Positions 1 to 10,435 are shown, counted from the first letter of the stretch. The stretch: DNA of 64,000 nt from Phycisphaerae bacterium (GCA_963675745.2 CAXXWX010000006.1:226183-290182); one strand, 5' to 3'. The notes: generated by a model from the sequence alone, not told the origin. A program made the numbers and translations.

Positions 1-2
1 AC

Positions 3-227
3 ACGCTCGAAGCGATCAACTGCGGCGTCGTGTATGGCACGCTGGGGGCCCTGCGCGAAATCGTGGAAAGATTCGCCACCGAGCTGAGTGAGTGGCCGCG
101 CCTGGTGGTCACCGGCGGTAACGCCCCCGTCATAAGCCGGCTTTCGGATTTCGTCGACGCGGTCGTGCCGAACTTGTGCCTGATCGGTATCGCACTAACA
201 CACCGCCGCGCATCAGATCAGCGATGA
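3..227 (+). CDS. coaX: Type III pantothenate kinase, C-terminal part (5' truncated by window edge)
   Basis: Frame reads TLEAINCGVVYGTLGALREIVERF...VVTGGNA...VVPNLCLIGI, the typical Pan_kinase C-terminus; stop overlaps next ATG (ATGA). Confidence 0.8.
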   Translation, partial: TLEAINCGVVYGTLGALREIVERFATELSEWPRLVVTGGNAPVISRLSDFVDAVVPNLCLIGIALTHRRASDQR

Positions 228-1393
228 GCAGCCCGGAATCACAGCCAACCAGCTTCTTCCAGCGTCTGACAGCCCCCGGACCAGCGGCGATCGCGGTCGT
301 GCGCATGTGCGGTCCGGCGGTGAGCTTGTTTGTCCGCGACCGGCTGTGCCTGCGCCGTGAGTTGGCGGCGGCCACGCATCCGCCGGGCAGTGTCGTTCGT
401 GGGCGGTTGCTCGACGAGACGCGTGAGCCGATCGACGAGATTCTGCTATCGGTACACGCCGTCGAACCGGCGTGGGACATCCGCTTGCACCTGCACGGGA
501 GCCCGTTTCTTGTGCGTCGTTGCGAGGAGCTGTTGTGCGCGGCCGGCTTTCGGAGCGCGCCTCCCGCGGAGGCCGATCTCTGGCAGGCGGATGATCTCAT
601 CACGTCCGAGGCCTACGCCCTGCTGGCCGAGATGCCGACTGAGCGGGGCTGCTGTTGGCTGTTGGGGCAGGTGGCGCGGCTGCGCAACACGCTGGGGGAA
701 TTGGGCGTTCAATCGTCGTTCGACGCAGCGCGAGCCGAGTGCCGGGAGATCGCGGCGCGGATCTACCGTGTCGGTTGGTTTACAACGCCGTTGCGGGTCG
801 CACTGGTTGGCCCGCCCAACTCCGGCAAGAGCACGCTTGCGAACGCGCTGGCCGATCATCCGGTGAGCCTGGTCTCGCCGCAGGCGGGCACGACGCGCGA
901 TTGGGTGGAAGTCCCCGGCGAGGCCGCGGGTTATCCGCTGACGTGGCTCGATACCGCCGGCCTGCGCAGTACGGCGGACTCGATCGAGTCGGAGGGCGTG
1001 GCCCGCACGCTGCGCCTGATGGAGCAAGTTGACGCCGTCGTCATCGTGCTGGACCGCTCGGCCCCGGCGGCGGTGAATCAGGAGGCCCTGCGATTGTGCG
1101 GCGCGAGCTCCGCCGACACGGCCCTGATCGCGTGGAACAAGTCAGACATCGGCGGTTCCGCGGGCGACGGACTGAGTATTGACCTGACCGGGGTCGAAGT
1201 ATCCGCCGTTAACCGCACCGGGCTGGATGAGCTGGCGGACCGGCTACTGGAGAAGGTGGGGCGTTCGGGGGAGGCGCTTGACAGCGCGACGGCGTTTACA
1301 GCGCGGCAGGCCGCGCTGCTGGAGGGTGCAGCCGGGGCCGCCGATCGAGAGCGCTTCCGGGCCGGGCTGGCCGCCTGCTTGGGCCCGGCGTAG
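224..1393 (+). CDS. mnmE: MnmE/TrmE-like tRNA modification GTPase (short form)
   Basis: N-terminal TAPGPAAIAVVRMCG and LHGSP motifs; G1 GPPNSGKST, G2 GTTRD, G3 DTAGLR, G4 NKSD. Confidence 0.75.
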   Translation: MSSPESQPTSFFQRLTAPGPAAIAVVRMCGPAVSLFVRDRLCLRRELAAATHPPGSVVRGRLLDETREPIDEILLSVHAVEPAWDIRLHLHGSPFLVRRCEELLCAAGFRSAPPAEADLWQADDLITSEAYALLAEMPTERGCCWLLGQVARLRNTLGELGVQSSFDAARAECREIAARIYRVGWFTTPLRVALVGPPNSGKSTLANALADHPVSLVSPQAGTTRDWVEVPGEAAGYPLTWLDTAGLRSTADSIESEGVARTLRLMEQVDAVVIVLDRSAPAAVNQEALRLCGASSADTALIAWNKSDIGGSAGDGLSIDLTGVEVSAVNRTGLDELADRLLEKVGRSGEALDSATAFTARQAALLEGAAGAADRERFRAGLAACLGPA

Positions 1394-1416
1394 CCGTACG
1401 CCTCCCGAATTGCGCC

Positions 1417-2802
1417 TTGTCCGCGGGCCCTGACCGCCGATATAGTGGTGTGGCACGTATGCCCCAAGGCAGACGAGGTGTGTACCCGCCGACGCCTGGG
1501 AAGCTGGAGACTCCACCGTTGTACGCACTGCTCGGGGGTTTGGCCGGGCTGGCCATTCTGAGCCTCTACGCCTCCACGCTCACCAACATACTCCGGTCGT
1601 ATTCGCGGGCGCGGCTTTCTGACTGTCTGGGTTCGGACAAGCAACGGCACTGGCTCGATTGGCTCGATCACCACGAGGGACCGCTCATCGTCGGGATGAG
1701 CTTCTTTCGAGTTGCCTGCAACCTGGCCATCGTCGTCCTGATTATCGGGTGGTATGTCACGCCCGCCGACGCCACCCCGCGCTGGCTGGATCTGCTTATC
1801 CCGACCCTGCTGGCGCTGGTGTTACTGACCCTGCTGAACATCGGTCTCGGGCACGCTCTCGCCGTGCATGTTGGTGAGTATCTGTTGGCGCGCAGTTTGC
1901 CCGTCCTCGCCGCACTGCGACTTGCGCTCTGGCCGGTTGCACAGGTGTTGATGGGGTTTGAATTTGTGGTGCGGCGGCTGCTGGGCAAGAGCGAGTCAAC
2001 TCCGGAGCAGGCCAGCGAGCGTGTTGAGGAGGAGATTCTTGACGCCGTGTCCGAGGGCAAGGCCGCCGGCGCGGTTGATGAAGAGCAGGAGGACATGATT
2101 GAAGCCGTGTTTGCCCTGCACGACACGGCCACCAGTGCGATCATGACACCGCGCACCGACATTATTGCATTTGAAGCCGATGCGTCGCTCGATGAGATCC
2201 GCAAGCTGGTCGTCGGTGCGGGGCACTCGCGCATCCCGGTGATTGAAGATTCGCTCGACGAGATCATCGGAATTCTATATGTCAAAGACCTGGTTTCGCT
2301 GTTGCCGGACGAGGCCTTTGATGCGCGCAAGCTGATGCGCCCCGTGCTGTACGTACCGGAGGCCAAGACGATCAATGAGCTGCTGCGCGAGTTTCGGCAG
2401 AAGAAAGTGCATATGGCGGTCGTGCTCGATGAGTATGGCGGAACGGCGGGGTTGGTGACGATCGAGGATATCCTGGAGGAGCTCGTCGGCGAGATTGACG
2501 ACGAATACGACGCGTCCACGCCGCCACCGATCAGCCGCATAGACGCCAACACGCTCGAAGTCGACGCGCGCGTACACGTCTCTGAGGTCAACGATGAGCT
2601 CGAAGACCTTGAAGTGGAACTACCCGAGGATGGTGACTACGAGACTATCGGCGGGTTCATTTTCGCCGCACTCGGCAAGATACCGGCCGTCGGTGAGGAA
2701 GTCGCACACGAGAACATCCACATCAAGGTGGTATCCGCCGAACAGCGCAAGATCAACCGCGTACGAATCCACGTGATCAACACGGAACGCCAGTCGGCGT
2801 AA
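1417..2802 (+). CDS. Hemolysin/CNNM family protein (DUF21 TM + 2 CBS + CorC_HlyC); true start probably near 1519
   Basis: TM N-terminus, IMTPRTDI, GHSRIPV, VVLDEYGGTAGLVTIEDILEELVGEI, YETIGGFI. Confidence 0.9.
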   Translation: MSAGPDRRYSGVARMPQGRRGVYPPTPGKLETPPLYALLGGLAGLAILSLYASTLTNILRSYSRARLSDCLGSDKQRHWLDWLDHHEGPLIVGMSFFRVACNLAIVVLIIGWYVTPADATPRWLDLLIPTLLALVLLTLLNIGLGHALAVHVGEYLLARSLPVLAALRLALWPVAQVLMGFEFVVRRLLGKSESTPEQASERVEEEILDAVSEGKAAGAVDEEQEDMIEAVFALHDTATSAIMTPRTDIIAFEADASLDEIRKLVVGAGHSRIPVIEDSLDEIIGILYVKDLVSLLPDEAFDARKLMRPVLYVPEAKTINELLREFRQKKVHMAVVLDEYGGTAGLVTIEDILEELVGEIDDEYDASTPPPISRIDANTLEVDARVHVSEVNDELEDLEVELPEDGDYETIGGFIFAALGKIPAVGEEVAHENIHIKVVSAEQRKINRVRIHVINTERQSA

Positions 2803-2847
2803 CCGCCGTACACACCGATCAATCTCCGCGCCAGTCGAGGCCGCACT

Positions 2848-5232
2848 CTACGGCGCGTTCAACAACTCGACAAACGCGTCAATGTCACCGTTGTTAATTG
2901 CACCGTCGTCGTTGCAGTCGGCGAGCCAGCGGTCGCAGTCTGGGTACGCGATCAGATAGCCGAGTGGGCTGGTGATAGCCAGCACGAAGGGGTCGATGTC
3001 GCCGTTGTTGACCAGGTCGTCGCAATTGAGATCGCCGAGTAGCACTACGGGGCACTGGTTCAGCAGCACCGAGATGTAGTCGTCGTAACCACCGTCAGCG
3101 ACAACCAGATCGGCTGCCTCGTCACCGTTCAGGTCACCAATCGCGACGGAGGAGGCTGAGCCGGCACTGGCGTAATTCAGCGCGTCGGCGAACGTTCCAT
3201 CGCCGACACCCAGCAGCACCGAAACACTGCCGCCCCCCGCCACGGCCAGGTCGGGCACTTCGTCACCGTCCAGGTCGCCGATCGCGACGGACTCGGGCCA
3301 ATAGCCGCTGGCGTAGTTCACCGCCCCGCCGAACGTGCCATCGCCAAGACCCAGCAGCACCGAGACGCTGTCGCCGCGGTTGTTCGCAACGGCCAGGTCG
3401 GGCACCTCGTCGCCGTCCAGGTTGCCGATTGCGACGGAGCAGGGTCGATCGCTGGTGGCATAGTTGACCGCCCCGCCGAACGCCCCGCCGCCGAGACCCA
3501 GCAGCACCGAAACGCTGTCGTCCCACGCGTTCGCGACGACCAGGTCGGGCACCTCGTCAGCGTCCAGGTCACCGATCGCGACGGAGTACGCGCCATCACC
3601 GGCACCGTAGTTCACCGCGCCCGCAAACGTCCCGTCGCCGACGCCCAGCAGCACCGAGACGTTATCGTCGGCCGCGTTCGCTACGGCCAGGTCGGGCACT
3701 TCGTCTTCGTCGAGGTTACCGATCGTCACGGAGCGGGAATCGCCACCAGCGGGGTATTGCGTCGCGGCGAAAAAGAGGCCGTTGCCGGCGCCGAGCAGCA
3801 CCGAGACGCCTCCTGTGATGTCTGGGTAGTAATTGGGATCCGACTCGGCGACAGCCAAATCGGGAATCTGGTCGCCGTTCAGGTCGCCGATCGCGACCGA
3901 GTGCGGGTACTCGCAGGCGGCCCAGTCCAGCGCGCCAAGAAACGTCCCGTCGCCCGCCCCCAGCAACACCGAGACGCTGTCGCTCTCGTTGTTCGCGACG
4001 GCGAGGTCGGGCACCTCGTCGCCATCCAGGTCGCCGATCGCCACGGCTTGGGGGTATTCGCCGACGCCGTTGTGCAGCGCCGCGACGAACGCTCCGTCGC
4101 CGACCCCCCGCAGCACCGTGACGGCGTCGGAGGATATGTTCGCGACGACCAATTCGGGCGCCTCGTCGCCATCCAGGTCACCGATCGCCACCGACTCAGG
4201 CCCGGCGCCGGCGCCGTAGTTCACGGCACCGGCGAAAGTCCCGTCACCGACGCCCCGCAGCACCGAGACGCTGTTGCTGGACCCGTTCGACACGGCCAGG
4301 TCGGGCACCTCGTCACCGTCGAGGTCGCCGATCGCCACGAATCCGGCGTACTTGTCGCTCGCGTAGTTCGCCGCCGCGACGAACGTCCCGTCGCCGATCC
4401 CCAGCAACACCGAGACGCAGTCGTCATATGCTGGGAACGTGCCGAAGTTGGCGGTGGCCAGGTCGGGAACCTCATCGCCGTTCAGGTCGGCGATCGCCAC
4501 AGAGGCGGGTGATTGGCCCACGCCGTAGTCGACGGCCGCGATGAACGTCCCGTCACCGACACCCAGCAGTACGGACACATTGTCGTCACCGTTGTTCGCC
4601 ACGACCAGGTCGGGTACCTCGTCGGCATCCAGGTTGGCGATCGCGACGGACTCGGGCCATTGACCGGTACCGTAGTCCACCGCCGCGCCGAACGTGCCGT
4701 CACCAATGCCCAGCAGCACCGAGACGTCGCCGTCGAGCCAGTTCGCCACGACCAGGTCGGGCGCTTGGTCGCCGTTCAAGTCGCCGATCGCGACTGAGTA
4801 CGCGCCACCACCAGCGTCGTAGTTCACGGCGTTGGCAAAGGTGCCGTCGCCGATGCCCAGCAGCACCGAGACGTTACCGCCGTAATTCGCCACGGCCAGG
4901 TCTGGCACCTCATCGCCGTTCAGGTCGCCGAGCGCCACGGCGTTCGGAGACGAACCGGCGTCATATCGAACCGGCGCGCCAAACGTGCCGTCGCCGGCGC
5001 CCAGCAGCACCGAGACGCCCTCGTCGTATGTCGGGTACCCGCCGGTGTTGGCTGCGGCCAGGTCGAGCAGCTCGTCGCCGTTCAGGTCGCCGATCGCGAT
5101 GGAGCGTGGATAATCGCCGGCGGCGAATTGCCGGCCGGGAAACAGCGTACAGTCGCCCAGCGCCAGGTTGCTCCAGATCAACCCCAGCGCCACTGACATG
5201 CCGATACGAAGTCGTAGGTAGTGAGTGAACAT
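2848..5232 (-). CDS. Secreted FG-GAP/VCBS repeat protein (14 repeats, probably two 7-blade propellers) with C-terminal dockerin-like module
   Basis: GGAGG upstream of ATG 5232; signal peptide; 14 (G/A)(D/N)L(N/D)xDxxx(D/E)L...VSVLLGxGDGTF repeats; C-terminal GDLNCDDLVNNGDIDPFVLAI. Confidence 0.9.
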   Translation of the reverse strand: MFTHYLRLRIGMSVALGLIWSNLALGDCTLFPGRQFAAGDYPRSIAIGDLNGDELLDLAAANTGGYPTYDEGVSVLLGAGDGTFGAPVRYDAGSSPNAVALGDLNGDEVPDLAVANYGGNVSVLLGIGDGTFANAVNYDAGGGAYSVAIGDLNGDQAPDLVVANWLDGDVSVLLGIGDGTFGAAVDYGTGQWPESVAIANLDADEVPDLVVANNGDDNVSVLLGVGDGTFIAAVDYGVGQSPASVAIADLNGDEVPDLATANFGTFPAYDDCVSVLLGIGDGTFVAAANYASDKYAGFVAIGDLDGDEVPDLAVSNGSSNSVSVLRGVGDGTFAGAVNYGAGAGPESVAIGDLDGDEAPELVVANISSDAVTVLRGVGDGAFVAALHNGVGEYPQAVAIGDLDGDEVPDLAVANNESDSVSVLLGAGDGTFLGALDWAACEYPHSVAIGDLNGDQIPDLAVAESDPNYYPDITGGVSVLLGAGNGLFFAATQYPAGGDSRSVTIGNLDEDEVPDLAVANAADDNVSVLLGVGDGTFAGAVNYGAGDGAYSVAIGDLDADEVPDLVVANAWDDSVSVLLGLGGGAFGGAVNYATSDRPCSVAIGNLDGDEVPDLAVANNRGDSVSVLLGLGDGTFGGAVNYASGYWPESVAIGDLDGDEVPDLAVAGGGSVSVLLGVGDGTFADALNYASAGSASSVAIGDLNGDEAADLVVADGGYDDYISVLLNQCPVVLLGDLNCDDLVNNGDIDPFVLAITSPLGYLIAYPDCDRWLADCNDDGAINNGDIDAFVELLNAP

Positions 5233-5421
5233 CGCCAATCCTCCCTTGACGTGTGCGCGGATGCGCTCTACCCACCATGATAACCTCTGGGAGATGCGGG
5301 AGAACAAAAACTCTTGACAGAGAGCTCTGCGCGACGACCGATTGGCGGTCATCCAACAGCGCATCGCAGGTGCCATGGATCGCGCCCGACCGTTATTTTC
5401 TTAACTACAATCCTTGCATCG

Positions 5422-5437
5422 CCGACAGACATGTAGT
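5422..5437. promoter_or_regulatory. Possible BlaI-type operator (imperfect CGACA-N4-TGTAG palindrome)
   Basis: Lies in the AT-rich divergent spacer just upstream of the blaI-like gene; resembles TACA/TGTA half-sites of BlaI/MecI/CopY boxes. Confidence 0.35.
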
Positions 5438-5467
5438 ATTTGTTAATATGTTAACGTAAGGAGTGGC

Positions 5468-5842
5468 ATGCCGCGTAACCGCAGCGAAGCGCTGACAGAC
5501 CGTGAAGCCCAGATCATGGCCGTGCTCTGGGAGCAGGGGCCGTCCACGGCTGACGTGATCCGCGAGGCCTTGGCCGCCGAACTCCACGATTCCACCGTGC
5601 GCACACTGCTAAGGGTTTTGGAATCAAAGGGTTACGTGCGACACGTCGCTCGGGGCAAGGCCTACGTCTATCGCGCCGTCGTCAAGCGCGCAAAGGCCGA
5701 ACGCAAGGCCGTGCGCAGCATGTTGCAGCGGTTTTTCGGCGGATCGGTTGAGGCGCTCGTCCTACGCTTGATGGAAGACGAGCAACTCACACCGGAGCGT
5801 ATTGAGGAGCTGAAAAAGCGGCTGCCTGACGATCGATCGTAG
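5468..5842 (+). CDS. BlaI/MecI/CopY family transcriptional repressor
   Basis: LTDREAQIMAVLW...STVRTLLRVLESKGYV...FFGGS; AAGGAG RBS. Confidence 0.92.
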   Translation: MPRNRSEALTDREAQIMAVLWEQGPSTADVIREALAAELHDSTVRTLLRVLESKGYVRHVARGKAYVYRAVVKRAKAERKAVRSMLQRFFGGSVEALVLRLMEDEQLTPERIEELKKRLPDDRS

Positions 5843-5981
5843 CCGGTAGCAAGGACGGCGTCGGCCCCTGCGGCCGGCGTGGATTGCCGACACCGCCTCG
5901 AAATCCGACGTCCGCCACCGGGGGCGGACGCGACGTTTTGCTTTGCGGCGGACTGCCAAGCGGTGTCTTGTTGAGGGAGCC

Positions 5982-7697
5982 ATGGCCGGGCTGCCTGCGT
6001 TTGAATTGCCCACCCTCTCCAGCGCGGCGCTGGCCGCGCTGGACATTGCGCTCAAATCAACGCTGCTGATTCTCATTGCACTGGTGCTGAATCGTCTGTG
6101 GTCGCGTCCGGTGTACGTCCTGGCGCGAGCGACGATGTGGAACGCGCTGCTGATCGGGCTGCTGGTGATGCCGCTCATCACCGTCGCGTTTCCACCACTG
6201 AGAGTTCCGTGTTTATCCTCTGCACCGGGCGGGGCGACGACCGACGATGCGCGGTTGGTTGCGTCCGCGGATACCGAGACGATCGACTGGGCGCAGACTC
6301 CGGCGACGCTGCGCGCGCTCAGTCCGCGACAGCGCGCGATCCTGGCGGGGGATGCCGAGTTTGCGTGGCTGCCGAGTGCGACCGCGCAGGAGGACGAAAC
6401 GGCCCCACCGCCTCTTTGGCAATTGGACTTGGGGATGTTCGCATTGGCCGTGTATGTCGGCGGCGTGGTATTCCTGATGCTTCGGCTGCTGGCCTCGCTG
6501 GTCGCCGTGGGGATTTTGCGCCGCGCGGTTGTCCCGCTGCGTGATCCATTCTGGACCGACGCGGTGGACGGATGGCGGCGCGTGCTGGGCATTCGTCGTC
6601 CGGTGGCCGTCGCGGAGGGAAGCCGGCTGAGCGTGCCGATCACGGTTGGCGCGCTGCGCCCCACAATCATCATTCCAAGCGCCATGGTCGAGGCGGCCGA
6701 TGGCAGTGATCGCGACGCGGTTGTGCTGCACGAGTTGTCGCACATCCGCCGGGGCGACTATGGCTGGCAATTGCTCTCGGCGCTCGTACAGGCGCTGTAC
6801 TGGGCGCATCCGCTGGTCTGGCTGACTCGCCGCGTGATTGGCGTCACGCGCGAGCAGGCATGCGATCAACTCTGCGTCCACTACCTCGGGGGCCCGGGCT
6901 ACTACTGCCGGACACTGCTCGACGTCGTCGAGTCGCTGATCAGACGCCACCGGGCGCCAGCCGCGCGCGGGCTGACAATGGCGCGCTCTTCAATGATCGA
7001 ACAACGCCTTGACTGGATCGAACGCGGACACCGCCGGGCCGACTGTGTGCCGCACTGGGCGCTGCGTATCACTGTCGGCTTGTGCGTGTTCATCGCGACC
7101 GGGCTTTTGGCGTCAATCCAGCTCAGCTATGTGGCCGGCGTGCGTGAGGCACAGGCAAGTTCGCGCTTGCAGCGCTGGTCGCGCGCACTGGCGGCGCTGA
7201 ACCGGGCCGAGCTGACGCGTGAGCTGAGCTCCGCCGAGCTCGAGCGACTGTCGCGCGCGGGAGTACCCGCCCAGCGCGTCGGCGCCGATTTCCTGGCGGC
7301 GCTCGGCCGCGGGGACCAGCGCGCGATTGACGCTCTGGTCGTCGGCCGGCTCGCTGGATACCCGCCAGATGCGTGGGAGTCGGCTTTGAGCGACGTCCAC
7401 GACGCTTACGGAAGCCGCCTGGCACAATCAGATGGCGAGATGAGCTGTCTGCGCGCGGCCGATCACATGGTGCTGCGCGGTGGCGTGCTCTCGAACGCCA
7501 GTGGACAACCGCCGCACGCGCTTGCGCTCGTGCTGACGATGCAGGACACCGGCAAGTGGCGTGTCATCGCGCTCGATGAGGTCTCGCCCGATGCCGAGTT
7601 GGAGTCCGTACTACATGACGGGCTGGAATGGGCCGCGGGGCAGGCCGCCGACGGCAGGATTCTGTCCGTGCGTACCAGCATTCACATCGGAACGTAG
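5982..7697 (+). CDS. BlaR1-like M56 family metallopeptidase/sensor with non-penicillin-binding C-terminal domain
   Basis: VVLHELSHIRRGD, YWAHPLVW, REQACD, IEQRL motifs; directly downstream of blaI-like gene. Confidence 0.9.
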   Translation: MAGLPAFELPTLSSAALAALDIALKSTLLILIALVLNRLWSRPVYVLARATMWNALLIGLLVMPLITVAFPPLRVPCLSSAPGGATTDDARLVASADTETIDWAQTPATLRALSPRQRAILAGDAEFAWLPSATAQEDETAPPPLWQLDLGMFALAVYVGGVVFLMLRLLASLVAVGILRRAVVPLRDPFWTDAVDGWRRVLGIRRPVAVAEGSRLSVPITVGALRPTIIIPSAMVEAADGSDRDAVVLHELSHIRRGDYGWQLLSALVQALYWAHPLVWLTRRVIGVTREQACDQLCVHYLGGPGYYCRTLLDVVESLIRRHRAPAARGLTMARSSMIEQRLDWIERGHRRADCVPHWALRITVGLCVFIATGLLASIQLSYVAGVREAQASSRLQRWSRALAALNRAELTRELSSAELERLSRAGVPAQRVGADFLAALGRGDQRAIDALVVGRLAGYPPDAWESALSDVHDAYGSRLAQSDGEMSCLRAADHMVLRGGVLSNASGQPPHALALVLTMQDTGKWRVIALDEVSPDAELESVLHDGLEWAAGQAADGRILSVRTSIHIGT

Positions 7698-7779
7698 CAC
7701 CGTTTGCGCCATAACGGCCGTGGCAAGCGGAAATCGCCGTTTTGCACCGACGGTCCACGGGACGCCGGCACATCTGTGA

Positions 7780-8568
7780 TCACTTGCCGGCGGGTCCGGG
7801 CCGGGTCTTCCTGATTCCAGACGCACTTCGCGGAACGGTCCCCTCGACACTGACGGCGTCAGCCGGTAGTTCGCCGGTATGAGCGGGGCCGACTGTTGTG
7901 CCCGTGACGGCGCGTCCCTCGCGGTACGCGTCGCTGATGGAGGCGACGGCCAGGTCGACATCGTCGGTGACCGTGAACAGGTCGAGGTCTTCCGGCGAGA
8001 TGTTGGCGTGGATCGCGAGCATATTGTCCCGCAGCCACGCGATGAGGGGGTTCCAGAATCGCGTGCCCACGAGCACCATGTGCATGGGCGGCACACGCTG
8101 CGTCTGGATCAGCGTCACCGTTTCAAAGAACTCGTCCATCGTGCCGAACCCGCCCGGGAAGCAGACCACGGCCAGTGCGTACTTCAGAAACATGACCTTG
8201 CGCACGAAGAAGTAGTTGAATTCGATCGCGATGTTCTGATACGGGTTGGCGTCTTGCTCCATCGGCAGCCATATGTTCAGACCGACACTCTTGCCGCCGG
8301 CCTCGGCGGCCCCGCGGTTGGCGGCCTCCATGATGCCCGGACCGCCACCCGTGATGACCGCGAAGCCCTCGTGTGAGAGCTTGGCGGAAAGCTCGAAGGC
8401 TTGTTGGTAATAGACGTCTTCGGGCGGTGTGCGCGCAGAGCCGAAGACCGTGACGGCCGGTCCGACCGTTGACATGACCTCGATGCCGTCGACGAACTCG
8501 GCCATGATGCGGAAAAGCCGCCAGGTCTCCTCTGCCGCCGCCCGGGGCGTGAACTCGCCATTGCTCAT
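7780..8568 (-). CDS. LOG family (TIGR00730 Rossmann-fold) phosphoribohydrolase
   Basis: VFGSAR, ITGGGPGIMEAANRGA, YFFVRKVMF, PGGFGTMDE. Confidence 0.92.
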   Translation of the reverse strand: MSNGEFTPRAAAEETWRLFRIMAEFVDGIEVMSTVGPAVTVFGSARTPPEDVYYQQAFELSAKLSHEGFAVITGGGPGIMEAANRGAAEAGGKSVGLNIWLPMEQDANPYQNIAIEFNYFFVRKVMFLKYALAVVCFPGGFGTMDEFFETVTLIQTQRVPPMHMVLVGTRFWNPLIAWLRDNMLAIHANISPEDLDLFTVTDDVDLAVASISDAYREGRAVTGTTVGPAHTGELPADAVSVEGTVPRSASGIRKTRPGPAGK

Positions 8569-8658
8569 CGGGTATGTCTCCTGTGTTGCTGGGTGCGTCG
8601 GGCCGTGGCGGTCTGCGCCTCGCCGACCGTCGCCGCCAAGCAGCATTCGCAGTCATCA

Positions 8659-8684
8659 ACGGCCGGCGGGGCGCCGGCCGCTAC
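8659..8684. repeat. GTAG-type REP-like hairpin
   Basis: ACGGCCGGCG-GGG-CGCCGGCCG-CTAC; 25/26 identical to the copy at 15556. Confidence 0.7.
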
Positions 8685-8813
8685 TGATCATGGGCGTCCG
8701 CAACATCTGTGGGACCGGCTTCCAGCCGGTCAGACTGCCGGCCGGAGCGCCCACCGCCACGGCGCCCGGCGCCGGGCCGTCCGCCACCGTCGGCGATCTG
8801 TGCCGGGGGGCGG

Positions 8814-9206
8814 CTATGCGCCCTGGAACAGCGAGATCACGGCGCCGGTCGGATCAGCGATCACGCAGAATCGCCCGACCGTCGGAATGTCCATCGGCGG
8901 GACCTTCACGGTGCCTCCCAGCTCGACGCACTTCTTCGCCCGATCGTCAATGTCGTTGACGGCGATATAGGGCATCCAGTGTGACGGAAGGCCTTCCCAC
9001 TGCGGGCCGTCCATCGCCATCATGCCACCCACGGAGCATTTCTGCCCCGGTATCTTCAGGACTGTGTATTTCCCCTCACCAATGTCGGATTCTTCAGTCT
9101 CCCAGCCGATCAGCTCTGTATAGAACTTCTTGGCGGCCTCGACATCACGCGTAGCCAACTCGGTCCAGCAGAACGTCCCCGGTGTAATTGCGCACTCATC
9201 GCCCAT
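8814..9206 (-). CDS. VOC/glyoxalase family protein
   Basis: PGTFCWTELATRDVEAAKKFY, WMPYIAVNDID, DIPTVGRFCVIADPTGA. Confidence 0.9.
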   Translation of the reverse strand: MGDECAITPGTFCWTELATRDVEAAKKFYTELIGWETEESDIGEGKYTVLKIPGQKCSVGGMMAMDGPQWEGLPSHWMPYIAVNDIDDRAKKCVELGGTVKVPPMDIPTVGRFCVIADPTGAVISLFQGA

Positions 9207-9439
9207 GACATCTCCTCTGTCTTCCACGACATGTTTACCCGTCCGGCCCACGAATGGCGGGATCCAGTGGCGCAATTGTATTGGGGAACGCTTGTGCCGG
9301 ACAGGGGCCGCGGAGAACACTGGACGCGTCGGGCGTCAAAAGCCGCTGAGGGAGGCGCGTCGCACTGGTCGCGGCGCTCGTACGCCGGACTGACGCGCCT
9401 CCTATATGCATAGGACGCGCGCCTGGGGTCCGTGAACCA

Positions 9440-10399
9440 TCAACTCACCGAGGATTGTGAGCCTGGGCCTACTGGAACGCGCGCGGCGATTGCGCGCAGG
9501 CGGCTGATGTTTACCTCGTCCCAGTCGCGGCCGCGGTCGTCCTGGCCCTTGGGCGTCTCCAGGATCATCGGCACGTCGCGAAAACGGGGATCTGCCAGCA
9601 GGTTGCGGAATCCCGCCATCCCGATATGGCCCCGACCGATGTGTGCATGTCGATCGCGGTGTGAGCCCAATTCGCGAAGGCTGTCATTGAGATGCCAGCA
9701 GCGGATGCGGCGTGACCCCACCCCGCGCTCGGCCTCGGAGATCATCTGCGCATAGGCCTCTGGCCGCCGAATGTCATAACCCGCGGCGAAGACATGGCAG
9801 GTGTCAACACACACGCCGACGCGCTCGGGTTGGGCGAGCTTATCAAGGATCGCGCCCAACTCATCAAACGAGCGGCCGAGCGTCGTGCCCTGGCCGGCCG
9901 TGGTTTCCAGCAGCGGCATGGTGCGCAGCCGCGGATGGCGCTTGAAGATCTGGTCGAGCGCCTTGGCGACGCGCGCGGTCGCCTTGTTAACCGGCGCCGT
10001 CCCAGCGGCCCCAGGGTGCACGACCAGGTATGGGATGCCCAGCAGGTCACAGCGCGCGAGCTCGTCGGCGAAAGCGTCGCGGCTCCTGGTCCTTAGCTCC
10101 CGGTTCTCCGAAGCGAGATTAATCAGGTAGGACGCATGCGCGACCGTGGGGCCAAAGCCCGGCGTGGCGATCAGCTCGCGCCACCGCGCGACATCATCCT
10201 CGCGCAGCGGCGGCGCACGCCACTGGCGCTGGTTCTTCACGAATATCTGGACGGTGTCGAATCCAGCTTGTAGTGCCGATTCGGCGGCGTGGTGAATGCC
10301 GCCCGCGACCGACAAGTGAGCCCCAAGCCGGTGTCGCGGTCTCGCGGCGCATGACTTACGCGATTTTCGCCGATTTGTAACTGCCGAACGGGTCATCAC
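9440..10399 (-). CDS. nfo: Endonuclease IV
   Basis: LGAHLSVAGG, HASYLINL, VVHPG, LLETTAGQG, CVDTCH, HLNDS, DRHAHIG, ILETP. Confidence 0.93.
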   Translation of the reverse strand: MMTRSAVTNRRKSRKSCAARPRHRLGAHLSVAGGIHHAAESALQAGFDTVQIFVKNQRQWRAPPLREDDVARWRELIATPGFGPTVAHASYLINLASENRELRTRSRDAFADELARCDLLGIPYLVVHPGAAGTAPVNKATARVAKALDQIFKRHPRLRTMPLLETTAGQGTTLGRSFDELGAILDKLAQPERVGVCVDTCHVFAAGYDIRRPEAYAQMISEAERGVGSRRIRCWHLNDSLRELGSHRDRHAHIGRGHIGMAGFRNLLADPRFRDVPMILETPKGQDDRGRDWDEVNISRLRAIAARVPVGPGSQSSVS

Positions 10400-10435
10400 C
10401 GGTTACGGTATAGGGCGCGGGCGGGAAATCAACCA

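Noticed and set aside
3060..5110. Regular ~147-bp DNA repeats suggestive of a CRISPR-like array
   Set aside because: They are in-frame FG-GAP coding repeats, with no repeat-spacer structure and no cas genes.
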